A DNA stretch of 64,000 bases. Origin: a virus. Its lineage: Duplodnaviria; Caudoviricetes. The translations under genes and the position numbers were made by a program. The DNA lies in IMG/VR virus record IMGVR_UViG_3300033076_001137, positions 9,406 through 73,405 of that record. One strand, given 5' to 3'. The first letter of the stretch is position 1; each line of letters starts with the position of its first letter. Shown here in pieces: positions 1 through 8,984 of the stretch. A model generated the notes under the pieces. It had not been told where the DNA came from. It ran no database searches and saw only the letters and a list, made by a program, of their open reading frames with translations.

Positions 1-1
1 C

Positions 2-187
2 GGGAAATGACCTCTTGAACGCCTCAACGAAGAAATGCTCCTGCGCAGCGGACATCATGATGTTGCGACGACCAATGTTACCATCGAAGTCCATGGTGTG
101 CTTGTGGTACAACTCCCTGAGGTCAACCATAAAGCTCTGCATGGACTTCAACGCCTGTGACACTTCTTGCTTCGTGATATCGATCAT
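2..187 (-). CDS. hypothetical protein, partial (runs off left edge)
   Basis: Manual translation from ATG at 187: MIDITKQEVSQALKSMQSFMVDLRELYHKH...FKRSFP, open to the window edge; not in the ORF track. Confidence 0.6.
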   Translation of the reverse strand, partial: MIDITKQEVSQALKSMQSFMVDLRELYHKHTMDFDGNIGRRNIMMSAAQEHFFVEAFKRSFP

Positions 188-217
188 ATGCGATCTTAAT
201 CAAGAGATCTTCAATTT

Positions 218-562
218 TCAGCCGCCGACGTTGCCTCGAATATTTTTCGTAATAGCGACGCCCTTTCTAGTCGCGGAGCGAAGAGGCTCAAGTCCAAGCA
301 AAGATCGACACTTGTCGTATTCTTCCTCAGTCAGACCGGCCTTGAGAACCCCAAGATCGACGAATTGGCGCAGATCCATCTCGATGACCGGTACCTCCTC
401 GCCTTCAGATCCTGGCTCAAACTCTCCCGTAGGACGAGAAATGAAGATGAAAAGAAGCTTTGGGTCCTCCTGGTCAGGAGGGACATGGATGAATGGAAGC
501 TGTCCTTCACCCTCTTCATAGACGATCTCCGGTATCCACTGCTTGTTATTACGATTGCTCAT
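218..562 (-). CDS. hypothetical protein
   Basis: 114-aa ORF, co-oriented and tightly packed with neighbours. Confidence 0.7.
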   Translation of the reverse strand: MSNRNNKQWIPEIVYEEGEGQLPFIHVPPDQEDPKLLFIFISRPTGEFEPGSEGEEVPVIEMDLRQFVDLGVLKAGLTEEEYDKCRSLLGLEPLRSATRKGVAITKNIRGNVGG

Positions 563-607
563 ACAGAGATTTTAGACTTTGACTCTCGAACATAAACGAA
601 AAATTCG

Positions 608-1759
608 TTATTTTCCGACTTGCTGAGTGGTCGTCTGAATTTTGTTGAGCAACGAGTCCATCGCGTCAACGTATTGCTTACCCTCAGGTGTTTGAACGAG
701 CAACTTTTTAGCCTCTGGGTCCAATGGGAGATTCATCGACTCGAGGATATTTTTGGATCTTTCTTCGACCATCTTCATCAAAGATTGCTGAGCGGGAGAT
801 TTCACCAAAATGAACGAGGCTTTCTTAAGAAGCTCAAGATCATCTTTAGCTTGAAGATTAGGGAACTTCTTTTTAATTGAAGCAGCTTCTTTAGCGAATT
901 TCTCGGGATCTTCCTTCTGCGTTTTTGCTAGATCTGAGGCTATGGAAGTTTCGACCCCAGCTATCGAGCTCACGTTTATACCGAAATCTTTTAATGCGGG
1001 CGATCCGACGGCTGCTACAAGCTGTTGATAGTCCTCAGCTCGAAGAACTGCGTTCACCGCCTCGATCTGCGGGATCATAGACGCCATGAGCTGATTGGCC
1101 CTATCGATCTGCATCTTAAAAAATTCTTTCGCTTTCTGCTGAAGGCGGCCGGCTGCGGCCTGCTGCTCCTTGCTCAGGACGGGAGCCCGGGCGGGAGCGG
1201 GTGAAGGAGGCGCCGCAGCCTCGCTGAGATTGGAATCCGAGCGGTATCCGAAAAATTTCATAGCCGCGTTTAAGCGATCGCTAACAGCGACCGAAGGCGA
1301 AGAACTTTTCGTGGTCTCAGAGGATTGATCTTTCGGGCTGTCCGACGGACCTCTCAGGCTGCTAGGGCTGCTATCGGGTGACATCATCATCGATGCGCCT
1401 AGAAACGGATTCGCGGCGAAAGCGACTGACATCGCGATCCCTTTCTCAAGTGGGCTGTCGCCGACCGCGCTTCTGAAGTACTTTAAATCGTCCCTCATTC
1501 CTGCGTGTATTTCGTCGCGCTTCGCCTTGAAGTCTTCGAAGTTCTTGTTGATAGCAGCTTGATCACCCTTAAAAGAATTTGCGATAACCTTCGCATTCAG
1601 CGCGAGAGTATGACCGAGCAGCTTTAAAGACTTCCACGAAGAAGTGAATATGGCGCCGAAAGATGAGAGGATATCGCTCGCAGCCTTGCTTGACAGCGTC
1701 ATGTAGCTAGGATAGTAGACTATCCTTTCGCTGAGCAATGTCCTCTCAGATTTTATCAT
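608..1759 (-). CDS. hypothetical helical protein, possible internal virion protein
   Basis: 383-aa ORF, ATGA overlap with upstream gene, LSEA motif before an Ala/Pro linker. Confidence 0.75.
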   Translation of the reverse strand: MIKSERTLLSERIVYYPSYMTLSSKAASDILSSFGAIFTSSWKSLKLLGHTLALNAKVIANSFKGDQAAINKNFEDFKAKRDEIHAGMRDDLKYFRSAVGDSPLEKGIAMSVAFAANPFLGASMMMSPDSSPSSLRGPSDSPKDQSSETTKSSSPSVAVSDRLNAAMKFFGYRSDSNLSEAAAPPSPAPARAPVLSKEQQAAAGRLQQKAKEFFKMQIDRANQLMASMIPQIEAVNAVLRAEDYQQLVAAVGSPALKDFGINVSSIAGVETSIASDLAKTQKEDPEKFAKEAASIKKKFPNLQAKDDLELLKKASFILVKSPAQQSLMKMVEERSKNILESMNLPLDPEAKKLLVQTPEGKQYVDAMDSLLNKIQTTTQQVGK

Positions 1760-2259
1760 CCGCCGACCTTAATAGGAACTGGACCTGGTGTTGGAGCAGG
1801 TGCTGCGGCTGCAGCCGGGGTAGGAGCTTGAGCGGCGTTCGAAGATTTCGCGCCGAGCGACTTCTTGATTTGAAGCGCGTAGGGGTCCATCGGATCTGCC
1901 GCTTCCTGTGAATCGATTCCGCTGGTCAGTATCTGTCCAAGACCCTGAAGGAATGCTAGCAGAGCGGTCTTCTCATCCTCGTCGAATTGATTGACGTACT
2001 CCTCAAGCTCACGTTTCACGTCCAGATCTTTCGTGGATCTTCCGGAGCGCACTACGTTTAGCTTCTCGACGATGTCCTCTACGGTGATAGGCTTTTTTTC
2101 CTCACCAACAGCAGGAGTCGTCTCAGCAGAAGTTTCGGGAGCAGCGGCCGGAGCCTGCGCAGCAGCTGGTTCAGCAGCTGGTTCAGCAGTCGGTTCATCA
2201 GCTTCGCGAAGCATGCGAAGATAGCTGATGAGCTCCCTCTCACTCTTTATTCTTCTCAT
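1756..2259 (-). CDS. hypothetical Ala/Pro-rich protein, possible internal virion protein
   Basis: 167 aa; N-terminal ...YLRMLREAD leader followed by a low-complexity AEPA linker. Confidence 0.75.
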   Translation of the reverse strand: MRRIKSERELISYLRMLREADEPTAEPAAEPAAAQAPAAAPETSAETTPAVGEEKKPITVEDIVEKLNVVRSGRSTKDLDVKRELEEYVNQFDEDEKTALLAFLQGLGQILTSGIDSQEAADPMDPYALQIKKSLGAKSSNAAQAPTPAAAAAPAPTPGPVPIKVGG

Positions 2260-2435
2260 TCGTCACCGCCAGTATTGTAAGTGATTCGATTGTGCTGATG
2301 CTCGCGGTAGCGAGAATTCTGCTGGCGAGCGGGAGTGTCAGCGTGATGATCGGCGTAATGCTTCACTCGGGCACGCTGCTCCTCTTCTCGACGAACGATG
2401 TCCTGCATGAACTTGTCGAAATCGTACTCTGTCAT
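2256..2435 (-). CDS. small hypothetical protein (59 aa)
   Basis: Manual translation MTEYDFDKFMQDIVRREEEQRARVKHYADHH...TGGDE*; TGA overlaps the next ATG; ATATTTA motif 18 nt upstream; below ORF-track cutoff. Confidence 0.7.
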   Translation of the reverse strand: MTEYDFDKFMQDIVRREEEQRARVKHYADHHADTPARQQNSRYREHQHNRITYNTGGDE

Positions 2436-2437
2436 GA

Positions 2438-2737
2438 TTACCTCAGTAGACTTAAATATGCCCGACCAAACTCTAGCTTAAAAATTCTGGCGTTAAACTG
2501 CTCACCCAGAATCAGAACGTTCAGCTGCGAGTTCTGCATTAGGGCTTTCGCGAATTGAGGACGATGACTAGTCACGTCAAGGCAGGCTATCAGCCCGTCC
2601 TTTGAAGTTTCAATCGAGACTAGCTGCTCATCCGACGAGAATGAATCCGACTCAACGTAAGCCGTCAGCGGCTGATCGATAGTGGCTGGAACGCTTTCGT
2701 TCGTTTCTCCGAAATCGACGTCCAGCCCATTAGACAT
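2438..2737 (-). CDS. hypothetical protein
   Basis: ORF 2438..2803 in the track; ATG at 2737 (MSNGLDVDFG) avoids overlap with the upstream gene. Confidence 0.6.
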   Translation of the reverse strand: MSNGLDVDFGETNESVPATIDQPLTAYVESDSFSSDEQLVSIETSKDGLIACLDVTSHRPQFAKALMQNSQLNVLILGEQFNARIFKLEFGRAYLSLLR

Positions 2738-2760
2738 CAGAACATACGATGCTGAATCGT

Positions 2761-3147
2761 CTAACGCCAGTTGAGGCCCATGTCTTCGTGTATCATGTCG
2801 CATTCGTTGGCGTACTCCTTGTCTAACTCGGTGATCGCGTCGAGGTCATGAGTTCTAACCCCGATATGGATCGTTGATCCAGCGATCCGAATGTCGCCGT
2901 GATGATTGCATCGCTCCTCGTAGTCCAGAAGCTGATCTAGAAACGATCTCATCGTGCCACGATCATGAAACTCATAGGTTCTACAAAGGCGCTCTGGATT
3001 TTTTTCGACGTACCACTTGCTGGTGTTTCGAGGTGAGATCGGTAGAGAGCGTGTGTCCGCACGAAAGTCTCTGAGACGGAGATCGGGTTGAGCCATCTCC
3101 ATCTCAAAGTATTCCCTCAGCAGGCTCGAGACCCGTTGAGTTTTCAT
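2761..3147 (-). CDS. pterin-4-alpha-carbinolamine dehydratase-like protein
   Basis: LCRTYEF...F...E..NHHGDI...THD...ITELD pattern typical of the PCD/PhhB family. Confidence 0.7.
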   Translation of the reverse strand: MKTQRVSSLLREYFEMEMAQPDLRLRDFRADTRSLPISPRNTSKWYVEKNPERLCRTYEFHDRGTMRSFLDQLLDYEERCNHHGDIRIAGSTIHIGVRTHDLDAITELDKEYANECDMIHEDMGLNWR

Positions 3148-3150
3148 TCC

Positions 3151-4806
3151 CTATTTCCTCGAAGTTTTTTTAGCAGCCTTTTCAGCATCTGAAGCAGCCT
3201 TTCTGGATGCTCTATCCGCCGTCTTGATCTGCCCGACCATGGGCTCATCTTTGCCCATATAATCAGCGATGTGAAGCTCAGGAGGCTTGGTAGAGGAGGC
3301 TGCTTTCTTCATCGTAGAGAACGCAGGAGCTTCGTAGCTTCCGAACTCTAGCTTGTCGAGATCCTCTGCGGTTAGCGTCGCAGCAGCCGTTAATAGATTA
3401 CGATAGCCATGCTCCGCCGCTTGGTCAAGAATTTCCTCCACAGCATCGACGTACTCGCCACGACGTCCCATGTCTCGTAGCTGCATCTCCTCGTGTGGCT
3501 GAAGCTTCTTGTTCTCATCTCCGAATTCAGTCTGGAAGGCATTGGCGATCTTACGACCGGGACGGCCACCGAAGGGTTTGAAGTTGAGGTCAGCAATGGA
3601 TGAAAGAGCCTCGTACGTTACCGTTCCCACGAAATTTTGGTAAATGTGAGATTGGGCGAGAGCGCTAGGATCGCTCACAAGCTCTCTGTAATCGTCGAGA
3701 CCCTCCTTTTCGAGCAGGGCCTCCAAGAACTCTTGGTTCTCATCGAGCTCGAAAGCATCCTTGAAAGCTGCGTAGATCTGACTTTCAACTTGTCTACGTA
3801 CGGCCGGTGGAGCAACGAAAGCAGCGATCGAGCGGATCGACAGAATGTCTCTGATAAACGACTGACGAAGGCCAGAAGCAGCGGCGTAGCCGAAGGGCTT
3901 CGCAGCGTGCTGGTACTCGAACTTCTGACGTGGCTCTCTCTTGAGAGCGAGGAGCTCCTTCTCACGTGCATCTACAAGCTGCGGGAACTGCTGGATGAAA
4001 TTCACCATGATGTCCCACTTGCCCTGATCTCTGTGAGAATCAGACTCGCGCTGCGCCTTTTCAAAAGACTTCGCGATTCCCTTGTCGCTCATATTTTTCA
4101 GCATCAGATCGAAGAACTCATTGAATTCCTGCATGGTAAGTCCGCTCACCTCGCTGGGATCTTCAACCTCAGAGTTTCTCCTGATCTGCTTGATGATGTA
4201 ATCAGCGAGATTACGATTCTTAATACCGATCGCGCTCAAAGCGTCCTGGAGCTTCCCATATGAAGCGTCCATGCTCTGGGGACGGGCGAAGGCAACGTCT
4301 GCTTGACGACGCAGCTCCTGTCCCATCTCACGTTCCATGCGTGCGAGCTCCTCCTCGTCCTCCTCGAAATCATCGTCCGATGCTTCGCGCATCAGCTTAC
4401 GACTCCTACGATAGAAGCTTTCGAACTTCTTGAGAAGGTCGACGTTTTCGTCAGAATCCTCCTCACTGTCCTCGTCCTCTTCTAGATTCTCTAGAACCTT
4501 CTGGAACTCTCGATATGCCTTCTCCACGAGATCAGCAGGCACCATTTCGGCGAGAGTCTGAACAGCGTATCCTAACTCGCGAGAGTTCTCAGGTACGTAA
4601 TCCGGATCGTCCACAGGGGGACGCTCTGTGTCGAGCTGGACAGACATCCTGTCCGTCGGTGAAAGAGGAAGGCCCTTGGGAAGCGAAGAGTTGTCGGGAC
4701 CAACCGTCAATCTACGTGAAACTCCGCTATCTGGGGCAGGAGACTCAAAAAGATGCTTCTTGATGATACTCTGTAGAACAGACTTTTTAACTTTAACGTC
4801 GGACAT
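3151..4806 (-). CDS. large hypothetical protein, possible internal head protein
   Basis: 551 aa, acidic stretches, N-terminal leader MSDVKVKKSVLQSIIKKHLFES, ATACTTA motif upstream. Confidence 0.75.
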   Translation of the reverse strand: MSDVKVKKSVLQSIIKKHLFESPAPDSGVSRRLTVGPDNSSLPKGLPLSPTDRMSVQLDTERPPVDDPDYVPENSRELGYAVQTLAEMVPADLVEKAYREFQKVLENLEEDEDSEEDSDENVDLLKKFESFYRRSRKLMREASDDDFEEDEEELARMEREMGQELRRQADVAFARPQSMDASYGKLQDALSAIGIKNRNLADYIIKQIRRNSEVEDPSEVSGLTMQEFNEFFDLMLKNMSDKGIAKSFEKAQRESDSHRDQGKWDIMVNFIQQFPQLVDAREKELLALKREPRQKFEYQHAAKPFGYAAASGLRQSFIRDILSIRSIAAFVAPPAVRRQVESQIYAAFKDAFELDENQEFLEALLEKEGLDDYRELVSDPSALAQSHIYQNFVGTVTYEALSSIADLNFKPFGGRPGRKIANAFQTEFGDENKKLQPHEEMQLRDMGRRGEYVDAVEEILDQAAEHGYRNLLTAAATLTAEDLDKLEFGSYEAPAFSTMKKAASSTKPPELHIADYMGKDEPMVGQIKTADRASRKAASDAEKAAKKTSRK

Positions 4807-4836
4807 ATCGTACTCTCTTTAGTAGAAATTCTTCTT

Positions 4837-4843
4837 TAAGTAT
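4837..4843 (-). promoter_or_regulatory. ATAnTTA putative late promoter (ATACTTA)
   Basis: Exact motif 31 nt upstream of the 4806 start. Confidence 0.6.
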
Positions 4844-4855
4844 TTCCAGAAACAG

Positions 4856-4881
4856 AAAAAGCCGCCACATGGACGGCTTTT
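4856..4881. terminator. intrinsic terminator hairpin, possibly bidirectional
   Basis: AAAAGCCG-CCACATGGA-CGGCTTTT inverted repeat flanked by A/T runs, downstream of the lipoprotein gene. Confidence 0.75.
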
Positions 4882-4906
4882 CCCTCCCTCACGCAAGACG
4901 ATGCGA

Positions 4907-5167
4907 TCAGTTCGACTTCGTCTCGGTCGTCGTGGCGGTGGTACCGCTGACGTTGACGTTGACGTTGGTCGTACCGTTGACGACGTCCGTCGTCGTCGCG
5001 TCCGTTGTTGTCGTCACGGAAGCAGCCTCGGCGGCGACGGGTGCGACGGGGGCAGCCTCGACTGCGGGGGCAGCCTCGGGAGCGGCGGCGGGAGCAGTCT
5101 CCTCCTTGCTGCAGGCGGTGAGGAGAGTAAGAGCGCAGAGAGCTGCGGTAGTGGTGACGTTCTTCAT
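4907..5167 (-). CDS. small lipoprotein
   Basis: Signal peptide II: MKN + hydrophobic core + lipobox LLTA-C; mature part Ala/Pro/Thr-rich. Confidence 0.75.
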   Translation of the reverse strand: MKNVTTTAALCALTLLTACSKEETAPAAAPEAAPAVEAAPVAPVAAEAASVTTTTDATTTDVVNGTTNVNVNVSGTTATTTETKSN

Positions 5168-5183
5168 TTTTTTCTTCCTTTTG

Positions 5184-5438
5184 TTAATTGATCAAATCAT
5201 CGTCAGACTTTTTCACTGTGAATGTCTTCCGAGAGTTCTTTTGAGAGATTTCGAGGAGTGCGATGTGTGATGCCACAGTTCGTATGTCCTTCGCCATCTG
5301 CTCACTGAACTTACCTAAGATATTAATCACTTCTGCCAGCTGTTCAAGTTTTTTTTCATTTTCTTCAAGCCGAATACGAAGTTCTTGAAGATCTTTCTCT
5401 CGCTGAAGGAGATCGATCATTTTCGAGAAAGGGTTCAA
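5184..5438 (-). CDS. coiled-coil hypothetical protein
   Basis: 84 aa heptad-like LQELRIRLEENEKKLEQL. Confidence 0.65.
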   Translation of the reverse strand: MNPFSKMIDLLQREKDLQELRIRLEENEKKLEQLAEVINILGKFSEQMAKDIRTVASHIALLEISQKNSRKTFTVKKSDDDLIN

Positions 5439-5695
5439 AGATCTCCCCCATTCTTAGAAATGAAATCGTAGATGTCATCAGAGTCTTGAACGGTTAACTT
5501 CTTTATTTTTTTCTCTCGCTTCAAACGCGCGAGATCATCCATCTTCTTGCCGAGGTATGAGTCATCATCACTCAGCAATCTAGCGAATTCGACGAACATC
5601 TCTTGCAAAGAGAGCTTTTTCTGAAAACCCAAAACTCTCATGCTCGCATGCAACTCAGAAGGCATTTTTATGTGTACACACCTTCTGGGCGTCAA
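5435..5695 (-). CDS. possible ribbon-helix-helix DNA-binding protein
   Basis: VHIKMPSELHASMRVLGFQKKLSLQEMFVEFARLL beta-alpha-alpha pattern; TTG start at 5695 chosen to avoid overlap. Confidence 0.5.
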   Translation of the reverse strand: MTPRRCVHIKMPSELHASMRVLGFQKKLSLQEMFVEFARLLSDDDSYLGKKMDDLARLKREKKIKKLTVQDSDDIYDFISKNGGDL

Positions 5696-5711
5696 AACAT
5701 GTTCAAGCTCT

Positions 5712-6467
5712 TTAGCCTGCAGCTCCACCGCTGCTTTTCGCGCCCGTTGCATATGAGTCAGGTGGTTCTTCCTTCGGTTCCAACCTTATGTCGTAATCTT
5801 TTCCTAGTAAACTGACAAGCTCGTCAGAGTAGCCCTGACCTTTCTTCGGATACTTGTCCTTAAGATATTTCTGAGCTTTTGTCACTACGCTTCCCTTGAC
5901 ATCAACAAGGGACGTGTAATTCTTTATAAGACGAGCGACGTCTCCTGCGAAAGAGTCCATATCGATCTCTGGCTCATCGCCCTCAGCCTCCATGAGGAAA
6001 GAGAGACGACGTTTTCTGAGGCTCTCGGTCTGTGTCTTATTCGACGCTTTCTTTATCGCAAGATCGTCAGCTTTCACCAGAAATTTCTCGATCGGATCAT
6101 CAGCGCTTGGAATTTTGGTTCCTTGAACTGGAGATGCAGTGGGAGTTCCCGGAGCTGGCGGGGCTCCAGGCGCCGTAGGAGCGGGCGGAGCACCTGGGGC
6201 TGCAGCTGGTGCAGCAGCGCCAAGACCTGCGAGAGGATCGGGTGCAGCAGCTCCAGCGGTGGGATCAGGTGCAGGGGCTGCCGCTGCCGCTGCAGGATCT
6301 GCGGGTGCAGCAGTGGGATCCGCGGGCGGTGTGGTGGGATCAGGTGCAGGGGCTGCCGCTGCAGGATCTGCGGGAGGATCGCCCTCAGCCTCAAGCAGAA
6401 AGCGCATGCTGGTCCCGTACATTTCCTTGATGACGCTCTTACGTAGAGCCCTCTTGTCAAGTCTCAT
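5712..6467 (-). CDS. Pro/Ala-rich hypothetical protein, possible internal virion protein
   Basis: 251 aa; leader MRLDKRALRKSVIKE...FLLEAE, a second FLMEAE, and a PADP/APAP low-complexity core. Confidence 0.75.
   Translation of the reverse strand: MRLDKRALRKSVIKEMYGTSMRFLLEAEGDPPADPAAAAPAPDPTTPPADPTAAPADPAAAAAAPAPDPTAGAAAPDPLAGLGAAAPAAAPGAPPAPTAPGAPPAPGTPTASPVQGTKIPSADDPIEKFLVKADDLAIKKASNKTQTESLRKRRLSFLMEAEGDEPEIDMDSFAGDVARLIKNYTSLVDVKGSVVTKAQKYLKDKYPKKGQGYSDELVSLLGKDYDIRLEPKEEPPDSYATGAKSSGGAAG
6259..6375. repeat. intragenic direct repeat in a Pro/Ala-rich linker
   Basis: gggatcaggtgcaggggctgccgctgc occurs at 6261 and 6336 (75-nt spacing), encoding AAAAPAPDPT twice. Confidence 0.7.
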
Positions 6468-7189
6468 TTCGCAGCCTCCACCATACGCTCTATCCTACGG
6501 ACCCTCTCCTCTATGAGCGCCCAACGAAGCTCCTTCATCATAGAAAAGATGTAAGAGCGACGATCCTTGAGGTAGTCACGATAGTATGAGTGCTCCCAGC
6601 AATCAAGTACGATCACGGGATGAGCCGAGAAAGGAATTCCGACGTTGTGAAGATCAACCACCACGTTGACGTAGCGCTTGAGAAGGAAGCTGTAGGCGGT
6701 GACGACCCAGCCATTTCTTGAAGCCATGGCGCATGCGATAAAATCTCGCTGCCAAGCATCGAAGCTTCCGAAATCCCTCTCAAGACGCATGTACGTGAGA
6801 GAGTCCATCGCAATATTCGATCTCACGTCAGAGATATTTTCGAAAAACATACCGTGGAGGAACGCAGCGTTGACGTTGTGAACCTCGTCCAGCTTCAAAT
6901 TTCTGAACGCTGAGTTATTGGGATTCGAATTCTCGCGATCGGCAGTGTCAAGCGCCGCTGAGATCTCGTTGGCAGCCTTAACGTAGCCGTCCATGAGCTC
7001 CTGATGCGCAGCCTTGTTCTCCTCGCTGAGCTTCTCCGTGGTAAGGTCGTACTTATTGCTCGAGAGAACGTAAGCTTCGTTAAGAGGAGCTGGGCGAGTC
7101 TCTTGCTTCTTCGGCAGCGTGAGCGACTCCCTAATTATCGCGACGATGTCCTGGTCCGTTATTCCTTCGATGTTACTCGGCTTTTTCAT
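6464..7189 (-). CDS. sod: Fe/Mn superoxide dismutase with N-terminal extension
   Basis: All four metal ligands recognisable: AAHQEL, NAAFLHGMFFENI, DCWEHSYY; FGSFDAWQRDF segment typical of the family. Confidence 0.9.
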   Translation of the reverse strand: MKKPSNIEGITDQDIVAIIRESLTLPKKQETRPAPLNEAYVLSSNKYDLTTEKLSEENKAAHQELMDGYVKAANEISAALDTADRENSNPNNSAFRNLKLDEVHNVNAAFLHGMFFENISDVRSNIAMDSLTYMRLERDFGSFDAWQRDFIACAMASRNGWVVTAYSFLLKRYVNVVVDLHNVGIPFSAHPVIVLDCWEHSYYRDYLKDRRSYIFSMMKELRWALIEERVRRIERMVEAAK

Positions 7190-7203
7190 TCGAATGTAAT
7201 CCT

Positions 7204-7497
7204 TTACTTAAATTTTGCTTCGAACTCTTCGAGAGAGTAGGATTTCGTGGGTGTACCGACCATAGGACCAGTTATATCCGTAGCAGACATCACGCTGATC
7301 TTCAGTCCATGCTCCGTAGGAATCACGCTGTGTATGGTGAATTTCTCACCTGTAGATTTCTCAGTGACCTCTAGACCAGCAGCGTTCAGTATTTCCTTTC
7401 CTGATTTGCTGAGCTCCATCTCTAGAAGAGTGGAGTAGATTCTGCTTTCGTACTGCTCGCGCATAATCTCGATGATTCCGTCTTTTCTACGCTTCAT
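7204..7497 (-). CDS. hypothetical protein
   Basis: ATG at 7497 overlaps the upstream TGA (ATGA); leader IIEIMREQ...LLEME. Confidence 0.65.
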   Translation of the reverse strand: MKRRKDGIIEIMREQYESRIYSTLLEMELSKSGKEILNAAGLEVTEKSTGEKFTIHSVIPTEHGLKISVMSATDITGPMVGTPTKSYSLEEFEAKFK

Positions 7498-8960
7498 TTT
7501 TCCTCCTTGATTCCAGCGAGCTTCGCCCATCTGTCGATATTACCTTCTTTGCCTTCTGTGAACACGAAGTTTGGACCGACAACCCGATTGAGCTCGCGAC
7601 GCATTGCGTCCTGATCGATCAGGCTCATCAAGCTGCTGAGATTTGAGTTTCGCTCGCCGGGAGTCGCTCCTTTGACTATCGAAGTTGTTCTGATGAAGTT
7701 GTCGAATGATTGTGACCGCGCCGGAGTACCTGAGGATGCTCCCCCACCTCGTCCGCCTCCAGATGATGAGCCTCCTCCGCCTGTGGCACCGCCGCCGCCC
7801 GAGCCACCCGCAGAGGGTCCCGCGCCTGCGCCCGCTGGTGATGTGCCAGGTGATCTAGACCCAGTGAACATCGCAGTGATCGCCCCGAGGCCAGTAAGGA
7901 CCAGAGTATCAGCGAGATCATAGGTTGACATGTCACCCGTATCGTGAGTAGTATTCTCGGTAAATGCTGCAAACATTTCCTTGAAATCTTTGAGAGTCAA
8001 AGCTTTTATTTCACCAGCGAGTGCGGTCGTCGAGAGGAAAGAAGGGTCAGGTTTGAGATCTGGCGGCTTCTCTCTGAAAATACGAAACGCGTTCTCTATC
8101 TTACCAGCCGCCGCAGTGGAGACCTTGAAATTATCCTTCACGACCTTGTTCGTGTTGAACCTCTTGTCCGACTCCCTGCTCCCGATCGTTTGATTCAAAA
8201 CCCCTGGGGACGGAGGAGATGGGATGTTGAGGAAGTTAAGCTTTAAAGCTCCTGATACGGGAGCAGGGTCTCCTTCAGCATCGCGTTGAACGAAAAACAA
8301 TTTGCCAGTTGGAACTCTAGCGAACATCGGAGGAGCACCACGGAGATCAAGTCTCGCTGAAACCAGCGGAGCCGAGGTCTCAGGACCGATAAGCATAAAG
8401 TTCGTTTCTCTGATATAGATCGAATAGTTGTCGCCCAGCGATTTTGCATCAGAAAATGGAACCGTCTTGGCTGGTCCGAATCGCGCGGTGGGAGGAGTCA
8501 CACCCGCAGGTGAAGCAGCGGGGGGTATTATCTGCAGAGCGATCGCCTGATCAGTGTAAAACTTGTCTACCCTATTGTAGTCTGAGAGCAAAAGAAGTCG
8601 TATAGCGTCCATAGCGTTCAGTATGGAGAACTTTAAAACTTCAGTTTTGGTGATGGTATCGATCAAGTCCTTGTGCTTGGATGTCAGACCGACAGCCGAC
8701 ATAATTGAACTGGCCAGACCGGGTGTCTCAGACATCTTGCTGTTTATTAGATTTATAGATTTTCTAATACCAGCTGCCGTTTTTGGCATCTTCGCGCCGA
8801 TCGTACTCTCGATTTTAGACAGTGGCTCTATCGATTTTGTCGCGAGGTCAAGAGCGGATCGATCCGCAGATGCCTCCAGGAGAAAATCCATTTTATGATC
8901 ATGCAGTGACAGTTCAGCCAGCATGACGGAACTTTTCTTCTGCGTCTTGTCAACTTTCAT
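7494..8960 (-). CDS. hypothetical protein, possible internal virion protein
   Basis: 488 aa; FLLEAS near the N-terminus, Gly/Ser linker, C-terminal DRWAKLAGIKE; ATAATTA upstream. Confidence 0.75.
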   Translation of the reverse strand: MKVDKTQKKSSVMLAELSLHDHKMDFLLEASADRSALDLATKSIEPLSKIESTIGAKMPKTAAGIRKSINLINSKMSETPGLASSIMSAVGLTSKHKDLIDTITKTEVLKFSILNAMDAIRLLLLSDYNRVDKFYTDQAIALQIIPPAASPAGVTPPTARFGPAKTVPFSDAKSLGDNYSIYIRETNFMLIGPETSAPLVSARLDLRGAPPMFARVPTGKLFFVQRDAEGDPAPVSGALKLNFLNIPSPPSPGVLNQTIGSRESDKRFNTNKVVKDNFKVSTAAAGKIENAFRIFREKPPDLKPDPSFLSTTALAGEIKALTLKDFKEMFAAFTENTTHDTGDMSTYDLADTLVLTGLGAITAMFTGSRSPGTSPAGAGAGPSAGGSGGGGATGGGGSSSGGGRGGGASSGTPARSQSFDNFIRTTSIVKGATPGERNSNLSSLMSLIDQDAMRRELNRVVGPNFVFTEGKEGNIDRWAKLAGIKEEK

Positions 8961-8984
8961 ATAGAGATTCCTAGCGTGCGTAGT

